NCBI RefSeq assembly: GCF_963921235.1
Contig: NC_086097.1
Span: 111,664,001 to 111,728,000 of the forward strand
Reading direction: 5' to 3'
DNA: 64,000 nucleotides
Source: Mobula hypostoma
Taxonomy: Eukaryota
In this document: one piece after another, positions 1 through 11,081 of the stretch
How the letters are laid out: the number at the start of each line of letters is the position of its first letter
How positions within the stretch are numbered: position 1 is the first letter of the stretch
Program-made: the position numbers and the translations under genes
The notes under the pieces: model-generated
What the model was told of the DNA's origin: nothing
Database searches by the model: none
Seen by the model: only the letters and a program-made list of their open reading frames with translations

Positions 1-3000
1 CAGTGCTACGTGACAGTGATGGTAAGAATTGGAGGAGATGGCAGTTGAATGCGTGGCTGAGGGGTTGGTGCCGGGAGCAGGGTTTTAGATTTTTGGATCA
101 TTAGGATCTTTTCTGGGGAAGGTGGGACCTGTCCAGATTGGATGCGTTGCACCTGAACTTGAGGGGGAGCAATATCCTTGCAGGTAGGTTTGCTGCCATG
201 GTTCGGGAGGGTTTAAACTAATTTCCAAGGGGGATGGGACCCGGAGCGATAGAGCAGTGAAAGAAGTGCATGGAGTAAAGCCAGATCTTAGAGAGGCTTT
301 GAGGAAAGAGAAGCAGAATAAAGGGTGTAAAGGTAGTAAGACAGAAGGGCTAAAGTGTGTGTACTTCAATGGAAGAAGCATCAGGAACAAAAGTGATGAA
401 CTGAGAACTTGGATACATACATGGAATTATGATGTACTGGCCATTACAGAGACTTGGCTGGCACCAGGGCAGGAATGGATTCTCAATATTCCTGGATTTC
501 AGTGCTTTAAAAGGGGTAGAGAGGGGAGAAAAGGGGAGGAGGGGTGGCATTACTGGTCGGGGTTACTATTACAGCTACAGAAAGGGTGGGTAATGTAGCA
601 GGATCCTCTTTTGAGTCAGTATGGGTGGAAGTCAGGAATAGGAAGGGAGAAGTTACTCTATTGGGGGTATTCTATAGGCCCCCTGGTAGCAGCAGAGATA
701 CAGATGAACAGATTGGGAGGCAGATTTTGGAAAGGTGCAAAAATAACAGGGTTGTTATCATGGGGGACTTTAACTTTCATAATATTGATCGGCACCTGAT
801 TAGTTCCAAGGGTTTAGATGGGGCAGAGTTTGTTAAGTGTGTCCAGGACAGATTCCTGTCACACTATGTGGACAGGCTGATTAGGGGGAATGCCATACTA
901 GATCTAGTACTAGGTAATGAACCAGGTCAGGTCACAGATCTCTCAGTGGGTGAGCATTTGGGGGACAGTGACCACCGCTCCCTGGCCTTTAGCATTATCA
1001 TGGAAAAGGATAGAATCAGAGAGGACAGGAACATTTTTAATTGGGGAAGGGCAAATTATGAGGCTATAAGGCTAGAACTTGCGGGTGTGAATTGGGATGC
1101 TGTTTTTGCAGGAAAATGTACTACGGACATATGGTCGATGTTTAGAGATCTCTTGCAGGATGTTAGGGATAAATTTGTCCCGGTGAGGAAGATAAAGAAT
1201 GGTAGGGTGAAGGAACCAATTGAGGTGGAAAATCTAGTCAGGTGGAAGAAGGCAGCATACATGAGGTTTAGGAAGCAAGGATCAGATGGGCTGAGAAGAG
1301 CAAGAAAGGGGCATGAGAAGGCCTTGGTGAGTAGGGTAAAGTAAAACCCCAAGGCATTCTTCAATTATGTGAAGAAGAAAAGGATGACAGGAGTGAAGGT
1401 AGGACCAATTAGAGATAAAGGTGGGAAGATGTGCCTGGAGGCTATGGAAGTGAACGAGGTCCTCAATGAATACTTCTCTTCGGTATTCACCAATGAGAGG
1501 GAACTTGATGATGGTGAGGACAATATGAGTGAAGTTGATGTTCTGGAGCATGTTGATATTAAGGGAGAGGAGGTGTTGGAGTTGTTAAAATACATTAGGA
1601 CGGATAAGTCCCCGGGGCCTGACAGAATATTCCCCAGGCTGCTCCACAAGGTGAGGGAAGAGATTGCTGAGACTCGGGCTAGGATCTTTATGTCCTCGTT
1701 GCCCACGAGAATGGTACCAGAGGATTGGAGGGAGGCGAATGTTGTCCCCTTGTTCAGAAAAGGTAGTAGGGATAGTCTGGGTAATTATAGACCAGTGAGC
1801 CTTACGTCTGTGGTGGGAAAGCTGTTGGAAAAGATTCTTAGAGATAGGATTTATGGGCATTTAGAGAATCATGGTCTGATCGGGGACAGTCAGCATGGCT
1901 TTGTGAAGTGCAAATCGTGTCTAACAAGCCTGATAGAGTTCTTTGAGGAGGTGACCAAGCATATAGATGAGGGTAGTGCAGTGGATGTGATCTATATGGA
2001 TTTTAGTAAGGCATTTGACAAGGTTCCACATGGTAGGCTTATTCAGAAAGTCAGAAGGCATGGGATCCAGGGAAGTTTGGCCAGGTGGATTCAGAATTGG
2101 TTTGCCTGCTGAAGGCAGAGGGTCATGGTGGAAGGAGTACGTTCAGATTGGAGGATTGTGATTAGTAGTGTCCCACAAGGATTTGTTCTGGGACCTCTAC
2201 TTTTTGTGATTTTTATTAACGACCTGGATGTGGGAGTAGAGGCGTGGGTTGGCAAGTTTGCAGACGACACAAAGGTTGGTCGTGTTGTGAATAGTGTAGA
2301 GAATTGTCAAAGATTGCAGACAGACATTGACAGGATGCAGAAGTGGGCTGAGAAGTGGCAGATGGAGTTCAACCCGGAGAAGTGTGAGGTGGTACACTTT
2401 GGAAGGACAAACTCCAAGGCAGAGTACAAAGTAAATGGCAGGATACTTGGTAGTGTGGAGGAGCAGAGGGATATGGGGGTACATGTCCACAGATTGCTGG
2501 AAGTTGCCTCACAGGTAGATAGGGTAGATAAGAAAGCTTATAGGGTGTTAGCTTTCATAAGTCGAGGGATAGAGTTTAAGAGTCGCGATGTAATGATGCA
2601 GCTCTATAAAACTTTGGTTAGGCCACAATTGGAGTACTGTGTCCAGTTCTGGTTGCCTCATAGGAAGGATGTGGAAGCATTGGAAAGGGTACAGAGGAGA
2701 TTTACCAGGATGCTGCCTGGTTTAGAGAGTATGCATTATGATCAGAGATTAAGGGAGCTAGAGCTTTATTCTTTGGAGAGGAGGAGGATGAGAGGAGACA
2801 TGATAGAGGTGTACAAGATAATAAGAGGAATAGATAGAGTGGATAGTCAGCGCCCCTTCCCCAGGGCACCACTGCTCAATACAAGAGGACATGGCTTTAA
2901 GGTAAGGGGTGGGAAGTTTAAGGGGGATATTAGAGGAAGGTTTTTTACTCAAAGAGTGGTTGGTGCATGGAATGCACTGCCTGAGTCACTGGTGGAGGCA

Positions 3001-3088
3001 GATACACTCGTGAAGTTTAAGAGACTACTAGACAGGTATATGGAGGAATTTAAGGTGGGGAGTTATATAGGAGGCAGGGTTTGAGGGT
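1..3088 (+). mobile_element. CR1 LINE, young near-complete copy: ORF1 SGNH-esterase tail and ORF2 APE endonuclease + RT, broken by a frameshift and two stops
   Basis: ORFs 257-598, 544-1344, 1369-2112 and 2125-3084 carry AITETW, GVFYRPP, MGDFNF, SDH, NYRPVSLTS, YMDFSKAFDKV, VPQG-VLGP and KFADDTK. The 5' end lies outside the window and the usual 3' tail is missing. Confidence 0.95.
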
Positions 3089-3129
3089 TATAACAATTTA
3101 TTATTTAATTCCAAGACATTCGCTGCAGG

Positions 3130-3224
3130 ATGAAGACGAATCACGCATCATTTCACAGGTTGGAGAGATATTTCATTGTTGAAAAAATACTGTACATGAT
3201 TATTGCCACCATTGCCACCTCCTG
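3130..3224 (+). pseudogene. Putative first exon of a GPR139/GPR142-like GPCR pseudogene (N-terminus and start of TM1)
   Basis: ATG 3130 reads MKTNHASFHRLERYFIVEKILYMIIATIAT, then CCTG|GT at 3224/3225. This fits a TM1 start that continues as VNLVAI at 7332. The donor is weak and the phase needs one indel. Confidence 0.6.
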
Positions 3225-3849
3225 GTCAAATTCCGTAGAAGTGTGTGTGTGTGTGTGTGTGTGAGAGAGTGAAGAACGTGCAGACCAATTACACCTTTTC
3301 GTTATCTGATCTGATTACATTAAAAACTTTCTGGAAATTATGGGCAGCTAAACGTCCAGCCTTGGGGGATCTTAGGGAGCAGTTTCCAACAAGAAAGGTT
3401 GGTGAGCAGGAGTCCATGAGGTCACGAAGAGTCGGACTGGACTTACCGACTGCTCAAAAACGTCCAATGGAAAGAAGGAACTAAAGAAAATTAGTGTTAG
3501 TAGAAATAGAGCATAAACAGGAATTGATCAACTGCTCCGCAGGCACCAATATGGACATTAGTGCTTATTTTGTGCCGAGCTAAGGTTAATTCGCACTTTA
3601 ATAATAATAGTCGGTGTCTTTATTTTACACCGGAATGACTTTGACTGAAGCACTCGACCCCACGATGGGCAGAGCAAAATATTCTTTTGTCTTTCGGAGG
3701 GGGTGGGAATGATGGTTGACAAGACACGGTTGCGATCAGATGGCTCCAAATGAAGAGCTCTGAGCTGAACGATTATATATCAATAACCGCGATAGGACTC
3801 CAGCAAAACATGCCTACCATATAAACCGGGGGACAGGGAAAAGGCGGAA

Positions 3850-4830
3850 CTATAGTCAATGATGAAGGGGGCATAACGGAGTGTAACCGAAGGCAGTGAA
3901 ACTGCAGACTTGTAAACGAGTAAAGGGATTAGAAGAGCCGGTGTAGCTTTGTGAAAAGGGTAACTGTTTTTAACTAAACTAACCCAGAAGTTTATTGATA
4001 ATATTCGACAACTAGACAGGAGAGAAATAGTGGATATGCAACATTTTAATTTTCACGGCATTTCAAAAAAAAAAGCCAGTTCAGAGATTGGGAAAATTAG
4101 TGCAAAGAAGTTGGATGTGAGACTGTGCAATAGAGAGGACATTGTCGGCAGACCAGAAATACTGAGCAGCAATGACTGGCAAGGTCTTGTGGTGTGGCAG
4201 GAATCAATGCCTTCCTCAGAGCTCATGAGGATAGTACAAATAACCTGGATATGGAAAAATAGGGTAACGTTTCAGAAATTGTAGAGGGCATAAAACGGTG
4301 GGGTTATGATCTGTGAGGCTGATGCCATTCGAGTTAGGAACTTTGAGCGAGTAGAGAAATATCATCAGCTTCAGTCTGCGCTCGATAAATAGGCAGGTCC
4401 TCACTTTTTTACGGATAGAATAAAGGCAGGGTAATATATATTTTCTAGGCGGTTGTGAAACATTGACAAATAGGAACGGGATGTCGCCTTACACGATAGT
4501 GAAATTGGACATGCACCAGGAGAGAGAAGGGAGCTGGTATTGGCTTACAAAACAATTCGATGAGCACTGAACTAGTAATACCCTGTAGAAATTCTACGGC
4601 GTCCTGATGAGAACTCATATGGTGGAATGTGATGTCCTGATCTTAAAGTTCAATGGAGTATGTAAGGTAGGTCAACAAAGTTCATCACACTGATTCTTCG
4701 CGCGCTGGGAAGATGCATGTGAGATACTGTAGATTCCTCAAGGTCAATATTCACTAAATTGTAAGTATCACATCTTATTGAAGCGTGCACATTTCCGGCA
4801 GGGACTGGCAGAATAATAAGAATATAGTCA
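3850..4830 (+). mobile_element. Highly eroded CR1 RT/3' relic in the GPCR intron
   Basis: Residual nucleotide similarity to the GFVKGKSCLTN, VD-IY-DF and QGS regions of the intact CR1 copies. No ORF. Confidence 0.5.
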
Positions 4831-5310
4831 GATATATGGAGTCAGAATGGATGAACTATTGTGGAGAGAAAACAGAGGTAAGGCGATCAGTTGCTGAAGG
4901 GCAGATGAGACGCAAAAGGCGGAAGTACCTACAGTGTTCGATGTATCGAAGGTTTGCCTTACTCTACTAGTAACGCTGTTACCAACGTTACCAGACGTGT
5001 CGATAACATATCGCTTGAATATTTTAAGTATTCTCAGTAACTGCTGGCCATTTATTGTACTCAGTGACCGGTAAACCAGCATCTGTAACACCAGGGAGCC
5101 ATTGGAAAAGTGTTCCTGTATTTAGAGGTGCTGATGAAGAGCGTTCTCTGAATGTATCTCTTGGGTGGGTTTACATGGACAGGTCGCTGATTGGGTGTTA
5201 CTGAGCAATATCAAACACATTCCTCTCAGGCCACATTTTAAAAAGCAAGTGGCTAATAGACGATATTATGACCTGTCCTCACTGCCCGGATGAAATCATC
5301 TAAGCAAGTG

Positions 5311-5406
5311 ACACACGTAAAAGTTGCTGGTGAACGCAGCAGGCCAGGCAGCATCTCTAGGAAGAGGTACAGTCGACGTTTCAGGCCGAGACCCTCCGTC
5401 AGGACA
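5311..5406 (-). mobile_element. Short Penelope terminal-repeat (pLTR) copy
   Basis: Near-identical to 40243-40337. TSD AAGCAAGTG at 5302-5310 and 5407-5415. Confidence 0.9.
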
Positions 5407-5619
5407 AAGCAAGTGGGAGAGTCCATCACTGTAGTTTTACACTCAGTGCAATGCTAGTTCAGTAACACGTTCAATCCTTTGCCGGATCCGCATTAACCCG
5501 CGCCCGGGAAACCGCAGCGGGACGTCCGTCCACACGTACTATATCGTTGGAATGAAGGCCAATTTGCCACGGAACTGTTTGTTGCACCGAAATTCCTACT
5601 TTCAGCGACGTGTGCAAGG

Positions 5620-7050
5620 ACGCCAACTCATGTTGTAGCGGCATTTTTACCCATTTTTCATCGTTCAGCAAAACTTTGATATTTAATTCATCCATCCAAG
5701 TCCAAGTGATTGGTTTGGTGACTGAACAGCTGAAACCAAATCACCAATCTCCGCTCCAGTCCACTAATATTTGCCGTGTACAGTACCGAGAATCGCCTCG
5801 CCTTTTAATTCTCTTCTTCCCGGTCTGTAAATCTGTTCCGCCATTTACATTATTGGAAAATTTCACATGATTTAAGTTTCACGAATTCTTGACCAATTCT
5901 ACTATTTCTTCACAAGTGTTTTACCGTTGAATCTTCTATAATAAATTCTTCCATTAACTTCACGTTGATGTTAGCCATGGGTTGCGGATTATGTCTTTAT
6001 AACCAGTGGTGTTACACACTCCAGTCTGAAGTTTAAAATAATGCGAATGACGCTTGTGCATCCACTATTCCTAAATCACTCTTTCAGTGCTCTGGATCGA
6101 TGTAATCGGGCCATGAAGATAAGTCAACAATCAGTCCCATTAGTTTCACAAGCATGTTTAATAACTTTGATCTGCTATGGTTCCTAACTTTCTTTGTACC
6201 TTTCGCTACGCAGTTCATATAGATCAAAACTGTTCTACTCATTGCAATCGCAAAAGGACGTGTGAAAATCCTATGCTATAAAATCTATTCCGATACAAAT
6301 TGCCGCGTTTTGACTCTCTGTAGAAATCTACACTTACCTTCACAAACCTTCTTCCGCTTCAGATATTGGAATGAACTTTCATTCTCCTTGCAAGGCAATT
6401 CTCCGAGTTCATCCTTCTCGGCGTACTTGTTCCTTTGTTGAAATGCTCTCAGTGATCAAGAGTGTGTTTTGTATAGACAACTTTATAAGCCTGTTCTATG
6501 GATCTGATATGTTCCTCCCCAAGTCACGAAACAGCGCTTTTCCCTGACACGTTGTGTAACAGCGAATAACTATACAAAACTCCTTCTCTAGTTATGACCA
6601 CTGCCTCCTCACAATCAACGTACTAGTGCACTGTCTCAAACCATCCGAACCAATTCTCGTACTTTTGTAGTCTCCTTGTCCCGATTCCGAAGTTTGTTTG
6701 TGAACCCGGTGCATTGTCCCTTGACCAATCGACCTGTACATTCAAGTCATGCATTACTGCAGTTGTACACATTACACGTGGTCATTATTTGTTAGTGTTC
6801 AAGGCATGGGCTGCTCCGGACCTACGGACGGCAACATTTTCTGTTTCGGATCTACTCTCATACGAACTTTTCCTCATGGATTTTCAAGCCATTTCCCTTC
6901 CTCATTATTGCACTGATTTCATCGTTTAGGAAAAATATAAAACACAATCCCAACAATCTGCTTTCTGTCCTTGCTTGTCTCTCCGAAATGTTGAATATCC
7001 GACCAGGTCCAGCTTCCATCCCCTGGTCGCCGCGCAGTCATACTTCTTGA
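5620..7050 (-). mobile_element. Highly eroded CR1 ORF2 relic
   Basis: The reverse strand keeps traces of the DLD..SKFADD region (about 5650-5705), the NVTPLF/LTS region (about 5960-6030) and the APE GDFN region (about 6720-6760). Confidence 0.5.
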
Positions 7051-7331
7051 AAAAACACATGCATTTGGGGTGTTAGCTCAGTTACATTATTTCACACGTT
7101 AAGTAACAACGGTTTTAACTTCAACCTTTTGAAATAATAAGCTCTGTCATATTTCTGGACTGTCTCCATATTTTACTCAAGTTTTATTTTCTCCGCCGGC
7201 CTATGTTGTTTCACCCTTTTCTGTCATTTTGCAACGTGTTCTTTACATATCACAGTTGCAGACGTCTGCAATGGCGTTTGTCATCAGTAAGCACAGGGTT
7301 CTGGTTCCTCTCTCTCTCTCTCTCTCTCCAG

Positions 7332-8221
7332 TCAATTTAGTGGCGATTCTGATTCTCCCCGGGGAAAGTACGACCTCTCCACATGCACTACTCGCTATTT
7401 GGTGGCCGTGGTGGTGGCGGTGGCGGTGGCGGTGTCGGATCTGATGGTCATCACCACCGAGGTCATTCTGTATCAGATATATTCAGCTATTTTGTATCAC
7501 TATCTTCCATTAAATTTCCTGGATATCACCCCGGGCGGACTGTTACGCGAGTGCCGGCCTTTCCAGCCGCAGATTATTCTGTCTGGTTCACTGTCGCTTT
7601 CACATTTGATCGATGTATTGCCATTTGCTGCCACAAGTTAAAGACAAAATACTGCACCGCGAAAACTGCGGCTGCAATTCTAACAACAACAGGCATTCTG
7701 CTCTTTCTGAAAAACATTCCCTTCTGTTTCACACGTGAACTTGGAGAGGTCATCAACAACGTGTCGTGGTTCTCTTACGTGATGCTAACTGAACCGCGAT
7801 GGGTACTGGTTCGGTACAGATTTAATCCCCTTGCTCCCTTTCGCTGTAATTCTCCTGCTTAACCGTCTGAGAGTCAGGCACATTCTAGTGGCCGGCCGAG
7901 TCCATAAAGGGCTGAAGAGTCAGAGTAAGAGGGAGAATAGCAGCGACACGGAATTGGAGAGCGGAAGAAGATCTATGTTTTTACTTTTTACCATCTCTGG
8001 CAACTTCATCATCCTGTGGTGGACGAATGTTCTGGACTTCGTCTATTATCCGATCGCAGGCGCAGGAGGAGAGTGGAGTGATTCTGAATACTTATTTCTT
8101 GAGGGATTTTAGCTGCTGCGTTAACACATTTACTTTTGCTGCGGCACAATCCAGATTCAGGGATCGGTTGAAGAGCGCGGTGAAATATCCAATCAGATTA
8201 ATGCTTGGGATTTTTAAATGA
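7332..8221 (+). pseudogene. Main exon of a class A orphan GPCR (GPR139/GPR142-like), multiply frameshifted
   Basis: A (CT)n-CCAG acceptor ends at 7331. Stitched frames give VNLVAILIL / RGKYDLSTCTTRYLVA..SDLMVITTEVIL / AADYSVWFTVAFTFDRCIAICCHKLKTKYCTAKTA / LPFAVILLLN..VRHILVA / RRSMFLLFTISGNFIILW / SCCVNTFTFAAAQSRFR. Stop at 8221, AATAAA near 8234. Confidence 0.9.
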
Positions 8222-9875
8222 GTGACTGTCTCTAATAAAAAGCTATGTGTGTACACCTTGTCCCAATATGGACTGTCACTCCAGACAGATCCCCCTCATT
8301 GGCAAAGCAGCACTGCGGGAAGGAAATGAAAAGAGGCAGTTCTGGGATTTACAACCAGTTAGGCAGCGGACAGGCAAGTACGCGCTAATACCCCCAACGA
8401 AACCAAAACAAACATCAGCAATGAAATTACAGGGAAGTGCTCGTCCCAGTACACGCAGAAATAGACGGACGCACGATGCGAACACGGACGTCTTGCCACA
8501 CAGACGCTTCTCCAGCCGCCGCTTTGCCCGTCATTTAAGTCACTTGTTCCATATTCTTTTTCCGAACTCCATATTCCTCTACCTCATTCCAGGTCCCATG
8601 TTCGATTCGCCACTGTCCCACTATCAGTATCTACCCGACTGGGATCTCCCAAACACAGTCCCCTCACTTGCTCTGTGGCCTTGATCACTCTCGCCCTCTC
8701 TCTCTCCAACTGATAAGCTACGCCATTCCCCCTTTCATCCGAATTTTCTCTCCTATCTCTCTCGCCAACCGCAACTTTTTCTACAATATGTATGTTATAC
8801 GAATTTCTGTCGCTAGATTTAACCTCTTCACCAAATACTGGGTTCTCTCTTCGGCCGTTCCCTCGTTACTTCCGTCTCTCCTGTTACATCTCAGACCAGA
8901 TTGCATCAATCCACTCTGTTGCACTCTTTCACCTTCCAACATCACCACAGACTGCTTCCTTTCCGAAAACATTAATCCCGGGGAACAGAAACGAAATGCT
9001 TAATGTCTTCGCTCACGTCACTCGGTGCAATGCTGTAAAGTTCATCGTCAGTCGCGATGCTTCGCCGCAGCCCAACCATCTGAAGCTGCACAGAGAGCTC
9101 AAATATAGTGGCTACTTGGCCAGTTCCAAATCCTAAAGATTAAGCTCATATCTCTGGATGGAAGATTTTACGTTGCTAGTTAATGTTCTGAGCGTTCAAT
9201 AAATCTGAAACAACGTGACATCAAGATTTTGAAAATGAAGTCGTTGTCTGTAATGCAATTCCATGCTTATAAATGTGAACTAACAAGTTAATGGAGTGGA
9301 TGCATTTTTAGGGGAACATGTCGTTTCCAGTTAAACGAGGTGTTTTGTCCTGAATGGTGGTCGTTTTTCTCTAAAACAAACCGCACCAACTGGACGAAGC
9401 AGGATCGCATTACCGATTTGAGGAAAAACTAGTGTCGGTTGCATCAGTGTGGCCAGCTCCGGGGCCTCTCTTCTATCTCCCGTTTATTTCTCGCAGAAGA
9501 GCTGCGTTGTGCAATGTTTTACGATTCCATCCAGAATGTTGATGGTGAGATTTAACCGTAAGGATCAGACTCAAGGCGCAGACACTTCAATTTCGGAGAC
9601 ACCATTAATTGTAATTTAAACGCCCTCCGCCAGCTCTTTGTTGTGGGTGTTTTTGAGTAACTTTCAGTGAAACAGCAAGAAAAAAAACCGCTGGTAAAAT
9701 AATTAGGGTAAGGCAAAAGAACGCTGGGCGGGCGGCGGGCACACTAAAATTTGCAAAATGTAAATAAAATATTTAGGAAAACTCTCTAGAGTCAAAGGAG
9801 ATGTCGTGTTTGGCAAACAGGATATGCAGGCATCTTCTTTTACTAAGCAGACTGACACGGCCAGCAAGATATAAG

Positions 9876-10126
9876 CTACTTTGCCTGTGCAATAACCCGC
9901 AGGCTAATGAGACGAGCATTGGAACTCAGATTGCTGTTGATGTCCGCACTGATGCACCGGTAAACGAAATCAGATTCATAACTCTATTTTGTGAAGTTTT
10001 ACCTCTACTTTGCCTGTGCCTAATCCCGCAATAACCAGCAGGCTAATGTGACATGCATCGGAACTCAGCTGTCAGCACTGACACCCCAGTAAACCAAATC
10101 AAATTCACAACTCTATTTTGTGAAGT
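9876..10126. repeat. Diverged tandem duplication, two units of about 122 bp (period 129)
   Basis: CTACTTTGCCTGTGC...ACTCTATTTTGTGAAGT at 9876-9997 and 10005-10126. Confidence 0.85.
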
Positions 10127-11081
10127 GAATGCGACTGATATGGAGATCTCTCCAGTTATCCCGTTCTGCTCTTGGTTCCACTCCCTTTCCGGGTCGGAGA
10201 TTTGAGGGCAACGTGGATAATGTGTGTGATGGCAGCGATTTACCGACAGGAAATGTTTCAGAAAATGAGAGGACGCAGTGTCACTATTCTCTCTACGCTC
10301 ACGAATGTGTGGCTTCTCACAGTTCAAACGCCATTTATAAATTCGTCCATAACTCAACCACTGCTGTGGAATGTTAGTGGTGGTGAGGAGACGCACAGGG
10401 GTGCGATAGATTATTGAGTGGTGTCACAATAACAACGTCGCATCTATGGTCAGCAACACCAAATAACTGATTGCAGTTCCTGGACGGAGAAATGAGGAAA
10501 CACACACATCAGTCCTCCTGAAGGAACTGCGTTGGGAAGGGTGAATAGCTGCTAGTTCCTGGGCGGAAACAGCTGAGAGGATCTCTATTGGAGCAATCAG
10601 GAAGAAGGCACGCCAGCCCTTACACAGTACTTAGTTAAGAAATTAAGGAGGCTCGTACGTCACCAAAAATTATTATGTATTTCTATTAATCTACGGGACA
10701 GAGTTTTAGGAATGGTTACATCACGGCCTGTTTTGGAATATCTAATGCACAGGAATAGAAGAGGCTACAGAACACTTCCGCGACGACCACAAGCTTCTCC
10801 AGTATCGAGGGAACGTCAGAAGGCGGTGACGTCAATCATTAAGAACCCTCCCCAGCAGGGCATTCCCTATTATTGTACTGAAAGCGGAGAGAAAAGATTC
10901 TTTTTCTTTTATCAGGGAGGCCGAAGACTCACATTCAGCGATTCAGAAAGTTTCTTCACTTCCACCATAGGATTTCTGAACGGCACATAAACCCAAGAAC
11001 TTTACTTTGTTGTTCCTTTTGTTTTTGCACTATTTACATACTGATTTTATTATTGTGTATTTTATAGTACTTCTGTCCCTT

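Noticed and set aside
6331..6345. Perfect minus-strand splice donor AAG|GTAAGTG
   Set aside because: It lies within an eroded CR1 relic and has no credible exon.
7383..7445. Poly-Gly or Trp/Arg-rich peptide ORFs
   Set aside because: Alternative frames of the (GTGGCG)n expansion in the GPCR pseudogene.
8500..8800. C/T-rich tract with 110-145 aa ORFs
   Set aside because: No recognisable protein; possibly an eroded Penelope relic, too weak to annotate.
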